32,000 bases of DNA from Ferroglobus placidus DSM 10642 (GTDB taxonomy: Archaea > Halobacteriota > Archaeoglobi > Archaeoglobales > Archaeoglobaceae), in assembly GCF_000025505.1 (NCBI RefSeq), contig NC_013849.1, forward strand, positions 300,001 through 332,000, written 5' to 3'. Below are positions 17,177 through 25,788 of this stretch, piece by piece. The translations under genes and the position numbers were made by a program. Position 1 is the stretch's first letter. Each line of letters begins with the position of its first letter. Under the pieces are notes generated by a model. The model had not been told where the DNA came from, did not search any database, and saw nothing but the letters and a program-made list of their open reading frames with translations.

Positions 17177-18748
17177 ATGCTTTCCAGCTTCGAGCTGAAG
17201 AAGCTCAGGAGAAAAGGCTCCGCAAAACCAATCTATTTTGCAATAATTTTCGCTGTGCTTTCTTTTTACGCATCCCTTCATCTCGGTATCCAGTCCTCTC
17301 ACGCTATCTACACTTACAAATCTTCGGAAAAGATCGAAAGTCCGCTGTTCGTTGAAGGAGAAAATCCTGACATAGAAATTGTGGGTTACGACGTTTACAT
17401 AACAGGAGATGAGAAATCGATCGCAGCTTTAGATGACTACGTGAAGTATTTGGATGAGAAGTATACGAGAATGCTTGAAGAGAAGTACGGAGTTAAGGCT
17501 TTTCCTGTTTTTGTTTATCCGGTTTACGTCAAAAGGGAACTCACGCCAACGTTCGAAAGAAAAGCTCCCGTCGCAGAGAAAGAAGAAGAAAAGGTTGAGC
17601 AGGTTATTAAGACTCCTCCACCGAAGATAGAAGAAATTGTTAAAAAAGAAGAGAGGAAGGAAGAGAAAAATATTCTGCAAGAAATTGGGAGGGTGACGAA
17701 AAAGGAGAGCGATTTTGTCACTCCAGAGAACTTTAAGCCTCCTTCACTCATCGACAAAATCGTAGCTGGCTTCATCTTCGTAATTCCGGCTTACTTCGTC
17801 ATGCAAGCTTACACGTCCTCGCTTCTCGAAGACGTAAGGAGCCGTAGAATAGAAATTCTCCTAACTCTGCCGAAAAGCAGGCAAAGAATTCTTATAGAGA
17901 TTCTCTTACCGTATCTAATTTTTTCGCTACTGATTCTCCTTCTCCTTTCGGCAATTTTTAGGGTTAACGCAATTCTATTTGTCTTTCCGGTTATAATTTT
18001 CATGTTCTTTTTGCAAACTTTTCTCTCTCTATCCTCGAGGAGCTACAGAGAGGCTACATTTCTTCTCCTTGCGTCCAACCTCTTCGTCACTTCCTACCTA
18101 TTCCTTCCGGCAATTTTCACTGGGTTGCCTCTAAGCGAGATTTCTCCAATCACGTACTTTTTGAAGAGTTTTGAAGAGAGCGTAAGTTTAGTCGACACTC
18201 TCTTTTCAATGCTGCCAATTTTGATTCTCGCATCTTTCCTCTTCATCCTGAGCTCGAACGCTTTAACTCCGGAGATAATTTATTCCTATTCGAGCATCGG
18301 TGAAAAATTTATCCAATCTCTCGGAAAGCTTACTAAAAATCCGGTTGGAGTATCTTTCACGGGAATTTCTCTTGTTTCAGCTGCTTTGATAATCGAGTTC
18401 TTCTTGCTGTTCATAGCAACAACTTTCTTTTATCCGATTCTCTTCCTCCTAGCCTTCTTCGCTTTATTTGAGGAGATTTTGAAGTGCAGCGCGATAGAGT
18501 CCAATCCGAGACTTACAACAGCAATAATCCTTCCGATCTCGTTTTTCTCTTTCGAAAAATTCTTGCTGCTGTGGAGCGTGCTTTCAAAGTACGGAGAACT
18601 TCTCCTCGGATCTTTCCTTCTCTTACCTCTCTTCGCTCATCTGGCTTCTTCCCTCTCCTTCTACTTTACCAGAAAGCTCGGATTTAAAGTAGCTCTCTTC
18701 ACAGCTTTCGCTATCCACTTCGCATACAATGCGGTGGTGGCGCTATGA
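17177..18748 (+). CDS. ABC-2 type permease fused to a C-terminal CPBP (CAAX-protease/Abi)-like membrane domain
   Basis: The N-terminal TM is followed by a large loop with a Lys/Glu-rich insert (KEEEKVEQVIKTPPPKIEEIVKKEERKEEK). The ABC-2 core follows (LEDVRSRRIEILLTLPKSR plus TM segments). The last ~100 aa carry CPBP-like motifs: E432-E433-ILK-C437, F484xxxH488 and H514FAYN518. Confidence 0.55.
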   Translation: MLSSFELKKLRRKGSAKPIYFAIIFAVLSFYASLHLGIQSSHAIYTYKSSEKIESPLFVEGENPDIEIVGYDVYITGDEKSIAALDDYVKYLDEKYTRMLEEKYGVKAFPVFVYPVYVKRELTPTFERKAPVAEKEEEKVEQVIKTPPPKIEEIVKKEERKEEKNILQEIGRVTKKESDFVTPENFKPPSLIDKIVAGFIFVIPAYFVMQAYTSSLLEDVRSRRIEILLTLPKSRQRILIEILLPYLIFSLLILLLLSAIFRVNAILFVFPVIIFMFFLQTFLSLSSRSYREATFLLLASNLFVTSYLFLPAIFTGLPLSEISPITYFLKSFEESVSLVDTLFSMLPILILASFLFILSSNALTPEIIYSYSSIGEKFIQSLGKLTKNPVGVSFTGISLVSAALIIEFFLLFIATTFFYPILFLLAFFALFEEILKCSAIESNPRLTTAIILPISFFSFEKFLLLWSVLSKYGELLLGSFLLLPLFAHLASSLSFYFTRKLGFKVALFTAFAIHFAYNAVVAL

Positions 18749-19767
18749 GGGAGCTAATAATAAAAGACCTCAGGCTGCTCGTGAGGGAGAAAACGATAGT
18801 TAGTCTAATCTTCTTTCTAATTTTCACAGCCTCATTTGCTTCCCTCATAACCTACGGTCTTATCTTTCTATCTTCCCCTCAATACGTTCAGTTTTCTCAG
18901 GCGAAGGTTGGAGTTGTGGGAGAATGTCCGATTTTGAAATCCGTAATTAAGGGGAAGAATTACGCGAATCTTGAAGAGGCTCTACAAGACTTTAAGCTCG
19001 GAAACATAGATGCGATAGTTTACCTGCCTAAGGAGAACGCATTTTCCCACAACTTCGTCACCGTTTACTTGCCAAAAGATGAGCTAACAACATTTATTGC
19101 CGCAAGTTACATAAAAGAGAAGCTTGAGCTTTACGAACTTAAGCTGAGGGAGATGAACGGAATTGAAGTTGTGAAGCTGAGAGTTTTTTCGGAAAAGAAG
19201 GTCGACTACTACAAGAATTACTCGGTAGCTTTTAAATTTATTTACGTGGCTTTGATTCCGCTTCTTGTCGTAACAACTGCAATAGTATCTTCTGGACTGC
19301 TTATAGATTCCACAACCGAAGAGTTCGAAAGCAGAAGCTTCGAAATACTTATGACGACACCTATGAGCAAAAGAAAAATACTTTTCTACAAAATTCTCTC
19401 CGCTTTCACCGTTTCCGCGATTTTGAGTGCCGTATGGATTTCTCTCTTGTATTTAAACAAGATAAAAATAGAGAACTTACCGGCTTTTTCGCTCGTGGCT
19501 TTTTCCGTTTATCTGATTTTCATTTCATCTGCAATGCTCACGTCACTGATTTTCAAGGACAGGGAGAGGAGTCAGCTCTTCTTTTCTTTAATTGCTGCGG
19601 GTATTATTGCAATTTCTTTTGCAAGTAAGCACTCCTTCGCTGGAGTGATAACGAGGACTTCTGCCGGAAGCGTTTTCGGGATTTGGGAAATAGTTGTGTA
19701 TTTTGCTCTTGCTTTAGCTCTCTCAACAGTAGCGTTGAAATTCGGCGAAAGGAGGGCTGGAGAATAA
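18745..19767 (+). CDS. ABC-2 type transporter permease (NatB-like topology)
   Basis: It has an N-terminal TM, a ~130-aa extracytoplasmic loop, the ABC-2 motif EEFESRSFEILMTTPMSKRK and 5 further TM segments. Its ATG overlaps the preceding stop (ATGA at 18745-18748). Confidence 0.65.
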   Translation: MRELIIKDLRLLVREKTIVSLIFFLIFTASFASLITYGLIFLSSPQYVQFSQAKVGVVGECPILKSVIKGKNYANLEEALQDFKLGNIDAIVYLPKENAFSHNFVTVYLPKDELTTFIAASYIKEKLELYELKLREMNGIEVVKLRVFSEKKVDYYKNYSVAFKFIYVALIPLLVVTTAIVSSGLLIDSTTEEFESRSFEILMTTPMSKRKILFYKILSAFTVSAILSAVWISLLYLNKIKIENLPAFSLVAFSVYLIFISSAMLTSLIFKDRERSQLFFSLIAAGIIAISFASKHSFAGVITRTSAGSVFGIWEIVVYFALALALSTVALKFGERRAGE

Positions 19768-19800
19768 CATTTTTTAAACTTTTGAGGAAAACTTTTCCAC

Positions 19801-20388
19801 GTGATCGCCATAGTTAACTACGGAGTCGGAAATCTCAAGAGTATAAAGAAGGCTGTGGAAAAATTTGACAGAGCAGTTGTGACGAGAGATGCTGAGGAAA
19901 TAAAAGCAGCGGACGGAATAATTCTACCGGGAGTTGGTGCTTTTCCGGCTGCGATAAAAAATTTGACCGATCTAAAAGACGTAATTGTGAAGGCAAAAGT
20001 CCCCGTTCTCGGAATATGTTTGGGTATGCAGCTTTTCGCTGAGGTTAGCGAGGAAGGTGGAATAAACGAAGGATTGAAGATAATTAGAGGCAGAGTTGTA
20101 AAGTTCCCCGAAAGCGTTGGCAAGATTCCTCACATGGGGTGGAACGTTGTGAAGAATGAAGACCACGAGATATTCGAGGGGATAAAAGATCAGTACTTCT
20201 ACTTCGTTCACTCCTACTACTTCAAAGCTGAGGAGGGAATTATAGCCACGACAGACTACGGAATAGAGTTTCCCTCGGCTGTTGCGAAAAACAACTTCAT
20301 AGGAGTACAGTTTCATCCGGAGAAGAGTGGAAAAGTTGGTTTGAAGCTGATAGAGAACTTTGTGGAAATCTGTAAACAAAATCCTTAA
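19801..20388 (+). CDS. hisH: Imidazole glycerol phosphate synthase, glutamine amidotransferase subunit HisH
   Basis: It has IAIVNYGVGNL, the catalytic LGICLGMQLF and the C-terminal FIGVQFHPEKSG. It has a GTG start. Confidence 0.9.
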   Translation: MIAIVNYGVGNLKSIKKAVEKFDRAVVTRDAEEIKAADGIILPGVGAFPAAIKNLTDLKDVIVKAKVPVLGICLGMQLFAEVSEEGGINEGLKIIRGRVVKFPESVGKIPHMGWNVVKNEDHEIFEGIKDQYFYFVHSYYFKAEEGIIATTDYGIEFPSAVAKNNFIGVQFHPEKSGKVGLKLIENFVEICKQNP

Positions 20389-20415
20389 ATATTTTCTCGG
20401 AAAAGCAATAAGTAA

Positions 20416-21600
20416 ATGCCTCGTACAGTCAAAGACCTAATTGTGGAGATAAGAGATAAGACGGAGCTGATGGTGGATCTCGCTTATTCTGCTGTTCTTT
20501 TCGATAACGAGGATATAGCAGAGGAGGTTCTGGAGCTTGAAGAGGAGGTTAACGAGCTTTTGAATCAACTGAGAATTGCTTCCATTCTCTCCGCAAGGAG
20601 AATTCAGGATGCTGAAATGGTTTCCTCCATTCTCCAGATCGCTCATTCAGCTCACAAAATCAGCGAAGCAGCTGGAGACATAGCCACGCTCGTTCTCAAA
20701 GGATTCAAGCTTTCAGAAGAAGTTGTCGAGCAAATTCTTCTTCACTCGGAGGAGACGATAGTCAGAGCAACGGTTTCCGAAGATTCCGAGCTTAACGGAA
20801 AGACTCTCGGAGAGGTCAAGCTTCACACGAGAACCGGAATGAGGGTTATAGCGATAAAAAGAGGATTCGAGTGGATATTCGATCCGAAGAGGGACACGAA
20901 AATTTACAAGGGAGACGTTCTTTTTGCGAGGGGAGACATAAGCGGTGTTCCTGAGTTTTTCAAGATCGTGGAATGCAGAGAGATTGGCGAATTTAAAAAA
21001 CCGGAAATCGAGCTTGAGGATTTGAAAATTGCAGTGAGCATTCTAATAGACATGAAGAACCTGTCGGAGCTTGCCGTTGATCTCGGCTACTCATCGGTCA
21101 TATACTACAACGAAGAGGTGGCTCATGAAGTTGCCTTCCTTGAGAATCAAATAGACGAGCTAAAGTACGAGCTTCAGAGATGGGTAGTGGAGAGCGGAAG
21201 GCACATGAAAAAGAGCGAGGATATGAAAACGCTGATAGCTCTTCTTGAAATTGCTTACTCCTCTGAGCTTATAGCTGACGCAGCAAAAGGAATAGCGCAA
21301 ATAGTTCTCAAAAAGCAGGAAATTCATCCGATTTTCAAAACCGCTATGGAAGAATCGGATGAAGTGATAGTTATGCTCGAAGTTAAAGACAACTCCGAGC
21401 TTGCCGGAAAAACTCTCGGAGAAACGAGGGTGGAGACTAAAACCGGAATGCACGTAGTTGCTATAAAAAGAGGTAACAGGTGGATCACCCGACCCACCGC
21501 ATCTACCCGAATCTTCGCCGGAGATATACTAATCGCTAAAGGCACGAGGGAAGGAGAACAAAAGCTGCGAGAGCTTTGTTCTATCTTAGAGCTTGCGTAA
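20416..21600 (+). CDS. Protein with two tandem PhoU-like + TrkA-C (RCK_C) modules (COG3273-like)
   Basis: There is an internal duplication. MVDLAYSAVLFDNEDIAEEV...ELNGKTLGEVKLHTRTGMRVIAIKRG...GDVLFARG is repeated as LAVDLGYSSVIYYNEEVAHEV...ELAGKTLGETRVETKTGMHVVAIKRG...GDILIAKG. Confidence 0.75.
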   Translation: MPRTVKDLIVEIRDKTELMVDLAYSAVLFDNEDIAEEVLELEEEVNELLNQLRIASILSARRIQDAEMVSSILQIAHSAHKISEAAGDIATLVLKGFKLSEEVVEQILLHSEETIVRATVSEDSELNGKTLGEVKLHTRTGMRVIAIKRGFEWIFDPKRDTKIYKGDVLFARGDISGVPEFFKIVECREIGEFKKPEIELEDLKIAVSILIDMKNLSELAVDLGYSSVIYYNEEVAHEVAFLENQIDELKYELQRWVVESGRHMKKSEDMKTLIALLEIAYSSELIADAAKGIAQIVLKKQEIHPIFKTAMEESDEVIVMLEVKDNSELAGKTLGETRVETKTGMHVVAIKRGNRWITRPTASTRIFAGDILIAKGTREGEQKLRELCSILELA

Positions 21601-22285
21601 GCTTTTCGACGAGTTCAGCTTTTATCGACGAATTCCTTCCGCTCTCGCAAACCATCGTTCTTACGCCGATTATGTCCGGATTGAGCTTTTTCAGAACGTC
21701 GATGTGCTCCCACTTCAGCGAGCCAGCTATGGCGCAAAACATTCCCCTTTTGTGAGCCTCCTCAATAAACCTTTCGAGCTCCTCGAACTTCATGAAGCTG
21801 AAAATATCCTTCCCATCCTTTATCGCCGTGTCTACCATTATCCCGTCCGCTCCGGCTTTGTAAGAGGCTTCTGGAATCTCAAAAGGCGATACAGAATTGA
21901 CTCTCGTGTAATCTCCGTAGGCTGCCGCGACCACTTTCTTACCTTCGTCGAAGTCTTTAACAGCTCTGACAACTTCTTTCATCATCTCGTAAACTTCCCT
22001 TTCGTTCCTCACTCCGTAGAGCCCGACTTTGATGTAGTCGGCTCCGGAGTAAGCAGCTCCTAAAGCTGCCAAGCTTGCCGTTCCCGGCTTAAATTCCATG
22101 TCTCCTATCGTTGCGCTAACTTCCCTTCCGCTCTTTTTCACTATTTCCGAAACCTCTTTTATTACGTGAGGAAAATTCGCTCCAAGGGATCCTTCAGCAG
22201 GATTTTTCACGTCAATTATATCCGCTCCTCCTCTTATGCATTCTAAAGCTTCCTCCAAATTCATAGGTGACACGAGAACTTTCAT
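21581..22285 (-). CDS. mfnB: (5-formylfuran-3-yl)methyl phosphate synthase MfnB (methanofuran biosynthesis)
   Basis: MKVLVSPMNLEEALECIRGGADIIDVKNPAEGSLGANFPHVI...GADYIKVGLYG...DTAIKDGK closely follows the MJ1099-type MfnB sequence as I recall it. I set the start at the internal ATG at 22285 (234 aa), not the track start at 22405. Confidence 0.8.
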   Translation of the reverse strand: MKVLVSPMNLEEALECIRGGADIIDVKNPAEGSLGANFPHVIKEVSEIVKKSGREVSATIGDMEFKPGTASLAALGAAYSGADYIKVGLYGVRNEREVYEMMKEVVRAVKDFDEGKKVVAAAYGDYTRVNSVSPFEIPEASYKAGADGIMVDTAIKDGKDIFSFMKFEELERFIEEAHKRGMFCAIAGSLKWEHIDVLKKLNPDIIGVRTMVCESGRNSSIKAELVEKLTQALR

Positions 22286-22367
22286 CACAAGAAGCTCGAA
22301 AAAAGGGTATTTATTACTTACCAAAAATATCTTTCGAAAAAGTGGTGGAGAGGTGCGTAAGAGCTCT

Positions 22368-23443
22368 ATGAGATGCGGCGTAATTGCCATAGTTGACGGA
22401 GTCAATTATAAGACTTTCAAAAAACTCTTAAAAAGGGGCAAGCTACCCTTCGTTGAGGAAATATCCAAGGAAGGTTACTTTATAGAGAAATGCTACACTG
22501 TTTTTCCTTCAGCAACGGTGAGCGGTCACGCTTCAATTAACGCTGCCGAACAACTGGATAGACGCTTCGACGAATCTAAACGACTTACATCTTCGAACAA
22601 AAACCGGGTTCGAGATGGCAAGAGAGCTCGGGTTGAAAACTTTCAGCGTAGATCTGATAAGGAAAGGTGCTGACTTGAAAATGAGCTTTATAGCTCCAGG
22701 AATTGATAGAGGTATAAGTTTGGCCTCTAAACTCTTCTTCCTCAGGAGGTTCGCTTCCCACACCACAAAAAAGAGAAAGTCTTTTGTGAAAAAGATTCTA
22801 CGAAAACTCGTCCCTTTCCACGTTTTTCAGCACGAAGTAGCCGTTGTAAATACAGTTAAGGCTGTAAAGTCCGGATATCGCTTCGGAATTACTTGGTTTA
22901 TGGAGACTGATGCAGCAAGCCATCTATTCGGTCCAGAAAGCTTTGAAGGGGCTGAAGGAAAGCCTTTTCTTTACGATTCTGTGGAAGATGACGTAATTGA
23001 TGCGGACAGCGAACTTGAAAAACTTTACAGGAAAATCGAAGACTACAAGCCTGTGTTCTCTATAGTTTCAGATCACGGACACAGCACAGTAAATTGTCAC
23101 ATAAGTCTGTGGAGGAGCTGGAAAATAGAGGGTTAAATGCTTTTACGAATTTGGACCCCCGATCTACGCACTAACGAAGCATCAGCGAGTTTTCGAGGCT
23201 CTATGCGAAATTAAGGAAATCGAATTCATCTTTTTTAGAAAGGGGGATAAAATATTCGTTTGGGACGGAAAAGGTGTGTTTGACGTATTTTCTGACTACA
23301 AGGGTGCTCACGGTGGACTGAATTTCGAAGATTTGACAGGATTTGCCGTCATTCATTCCGAGGGGTTGAAAGAAACCGTAATATCGGAAGGTTTCGTTAC
23401 CGACGTTCTTCCTTTAACTCTTGAACTGCTAACAAAACGTTAA
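22368..23443 (+). pseudogene. Alkaline-phosphatase-superfamily phosphodiesterase/nucleotide pyrophosphatase-like gene disrupted by three frameshifts
   Basis: Homology-like sequence runs through four frame segments.
- From ATG 22368: MRCGVIAIVDGVNY...TVFPSATVSGHASI.
- After about 22540, in the frame of 22615: LPNNWIDAS...FEMARELGLKTF...WFMETDAASHLFGPES...FSIVSDHGHS.
- After about 23100: SVEELENRGLNAFTNLDP.
- After the C5 run at 23156-23160: IYALTKHQ...YKGAHGGLNFEDL...VLPLTLELLTKR*, with the stop at 23441-23443. Confidence 0.7.
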
Positions 23444-23468
23444 AGTCTTACGAAACTTAGCTTACTGC

Positions 23469-24140
23469 ATGAAAGTTTACTTGGCTGTGGACGTTAAAAG
23501 CGGATTGGTTGTGTGGGGGAAAAGCGGAAAAAGAAGCGAGTACGTTCCGATTGAAAGGGTTAGTAAAGTCGTGAGGAATAGCAACTTGAAAGAATTTTTC
23601 GAGGAATTAAAAGTTAAAAGAGCTTACGTCGCCGATTTAGATAGAATTGAAGGGAGAGGAAGCAATCTTGAGGTTATAGACGAGATCGGGAGAAAAGTTG
23701 AGCTTATCGTTGACGGAGGTTTTAAAAGCGTGGAAGAAGCTTTGAACCGCAACTTTACTCCAATTTTCGCAACCGAAACTTTCGACGTGAGAAAGCTCGA
23801 AGGCTTCGAATCTTGCATGGTGAGCGTTGACGTTAAAGAAAAGCTCTTGGACGCTTCCAAAAGCTTTGGAAGTCTTGAAGAACTTCTCGAATACTTGAAC
23901 AGCTTGAAGCTGAAAGCCGTTATAATCCTTCCGATACACTCCGTCGGCACTTACTCCTTCGATTTCTCACTTCTGGAAAAAGCTCTCGACATTTTAAATC
24001 ACAAGATAATTACCGGAGGGGGTTTAAAGCCGGAAGATCTTGATGTGGTTAAGGAAATGGGGATTTACGGCGTTATAGTTGGCACGGCTTTTCACCAAGG
24101 GAAAATAGATCCGGAAATAGTTTTGAGGGGTGAATTTTAG
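23469..24140 (+). CDS. HisA/HisF-related (beta/alpha)8-barrel protein (COG1411-like, function unknown)
   Basis: It shows a HisA-like pattern: VYLAVDVKSGLVVWG, YVADLDRIEG, VDGGF, and ITGGGLKPEDL with VIVGTAF. As I recall, this subfamily is found in archaea and methylotrophs that use H4MPT. Confidence 0.65.
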   Translation: MKVYLAVDVKSGLVVWGKSGKRSEYVPIERVSKVVRNSNLKEFFEELKVKRAYVADLDRIEGRGSNLEVIDEIGRKVELIVDGGFKSVEEALNRNFTPIFATETFDVRKLEGFESCMVSVDVKEKLLDASKSFGSLEELLEYLNSLKLKAVIILPIHSVGTYSFDFSLLEKALDILNHKIITGGGLKPEDLDVVKEMGIYGVIVGTAFHQGKIDPEIVLRGEF

Positions 24141-25171
24141 AAGAACTCTTTAGCTATTTCCACAGCCTTGGCAACGAGCTTAACAGCTTGTTCGACATCT
24201 CTCAGGTCGATGACTTCTACCGGAGTGTGGATATACCTCGCGGGAACGCTGACAACTCCCGAAGGAATTCCTTCCCTCGTTAGATGTATTGCGGTAGCGT
24301 CGGTCGTTCCACCTTCTCCTACTTCAAGCTGAATTTCCACTTCAGCCTTCTTAGCAGAGTCTTTCAACCACTCCAGAACTCTCTTTGAAGCGATCAACCC
24401 TCTTCCAGAGGCATCAGCCACCGTTATTACCGGTCCTCTTCCAAGTTTCACATCCATGTACGCGCTTTCAGCACCGGGAAAATCCGTGGCTGGAGCGGAG
24501 TCGAGGACTAAGGCAACGTCCGGATTCAAAGAAAAAGCGGAAACTCTTGCTCCTTTTAGTCCTACTTCTTCCTGAACGGTTCCAACGGCATAAACGGTAG
24601 CGTCGGTGTTTATTTTTTTCATCGCCTCGATCATAACTGCCAATCCCGCTCTGTTGTCAAAGGCTTTTCCGGTAATTCTTTTTCCGAGCTTAACGACCTC
24701 TCTGTCTATCGTAACCGGAGATCCGATGTCTATTCCCATCTCCTTGACTTCTTCCTTATTCTCAGCACCCACATCAACGAACATATCTTTTATCTCGATC
24801 ACCTTCTTCCTCTCGTCTTCTTTCATCAGGTGAGGCGGTTTGCATCCGATGACTCCGTAAACCTTTCCCTTGCTTCCGTGGACTATCACCCTCTGATTTA
24901 AGACGGTCTGGGAAAACCAACCGCCGATGGGAGTGATTCTCAAAAAGCCTTTATCGTCGATGTGCTTCACCATGAACCCGATCTCGTCGATGTGGGCAGC
25001 GAGCATCACTTTAAAATCGTCCCCTTTTCTAACGCAGATAATGTTTCCGAGCTTGTCCACCTTTACATCGTCTACGTAGCTTTCTAACTCCTCCCTAACG
25101 ATTTCCCTCACTTCATCTTCGTAGCCCGAAATTCCGTGAGCGTCGCTCAGCTTTTTAATTAGTTCGAACAT
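24137..25171 (-). CDS. M42 family metallo-aminopeptidase (TET / FrvX type)
   Basis: It has LSDAHGISGYEDEV, AAHIDEIGF, AFDNRAG and TVQEEVGLKGA. I place the start at ATG 25171 (MFELIKKLS), 4 nt after the upstream gene's stop, with GGAGTGA as the RBS. Confidence 0.9.
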   Translation of the reverse strand: MFELIKKLSDAHGISGYEDEVREIVREELESYVDDVKVDKLGNIICVRKGDDFKVMLAAHIDEIGFMVKHIDDKGFLRITPIGGWFSQTVLNQRVIVHGSKGKVYGVIGCKPPHLMKEDERKKVIEIKDMFVDVGAENKEEVKEMGIDIGSPVTIDREVVKLGKRITGKAFDNRAGLAVMIEAMKKINTDATVYAVGTVQEEVGLKGARVSAFSLNPDVALVLDSAPATDFPGAESAYMDVKLGRGPVITVADASGRGLIASKRVLEWLKDSAKKAEVEIQLEVGEGGTTDATAIHLTREGIPSGVVSVPARYIHTPVEVIDLRDVEQAVKLVAKAVEIAKEFF

Positions 25172-25175
25172 GCTA

Positions 25176-25745
25176 TCACTCCAAAACCGCATGTCTCTCA
25201 GCGAGATCTTTTTCGCTCAAGTTTTTAATCCTCATCAACTCGGCAACGAGCCCGTCGAGAAATATCAAGCTCATGAGCTCGAACATAGTTCCGAGGGGGG
25301 CGATTTGAGAAAGCTCCTCGTTCGTCTCGTTTTTGAGCTTTCCCTTAATCAACACTACTACGTCGCTCATCTGAGCTAAGCTTGAGTTGGGATTTCCGGT
25401 TATCGCCACGAGTTTCGAACCTATCATCTCCTTAGCCTTTTTGCTTATGTTAACAACTGAAGTCGTCTCTCCTGAGCCTGAGATTGCGATTAGCACGTCT
25501 TCTTTGTCGATTCTCGGAGTTACGGTTTCACCAACGACGTAAACGTTGTAGCCGAGGTGCATGAGCCTCATTGCAAACGCCTTTGCAACGAAGCCGCTTC
25601 TTCCGGCACCCATCACGAAAATCCTTTTAGCTCCTTGTATTGCGTTAATCAGCTCGTTTAAATTCTCCTCGTTAATATCAGCTTTTATTTGATCGATGAA
25701 CTTTTTGACGGTGTCGAAGAACTTATAGATCATCTCACCTACCAT
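25176..25745 (-). CDS. 6-phospho-3-hexuloisomerase (PHI, SIS domain)
   Basis: The SIS pattern is RIFVMGAGRSGFVAKAFAMRLMHLG and LIAISGSGETTSV. The ATG at 25745 is preceded by GGGGGGTGA, whereas the track start at 25751 is GTG. It is stand-alone and not fused to HPS. Confidence 0.8.
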   Translation of the reverse strand: MVGEMIYKFFDTVKKFIDQIKADINEENLNELINAIQGAKRIFVMGAGRSGFVAKAFAMRLMHLGYNVYVVGETVTPRIDKEDVLIAISGSGETTSVVNISKKAKEMIGSKLVAITGNPNSSLAQMSDVVVLIKGKLKNETNEELSQIAPLGTMFELMSLIFLDGLVAELMRIKNLSEKDLAERHAVLE

Positions 25746-25788
25746 TTTCACCCCCCTAATTTTTTTGTAAGCTTGCGGTTATAAAAGA

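Noticed and set aside
22236-22367. The N-terminal 44 residues of track ORF 22236-22673 (MHSKASSKFIGDTRT...).
   Set aside because: This part is antisense to the 5' end of mfnB and to the shared promoter region. AP-family similarity begins only at the ATG at 22368, which has GGTGGAGAGGTG upstream.
22368-23443. Programmed ribosomal frameshifting as an explanation for the split AP-superfamily gene.
   Set aside because: Three shifts in different directions (+1, -1, -1) within about 1 kb, with no shared slippery motif, fit decay or sequencing error far better than recoding.
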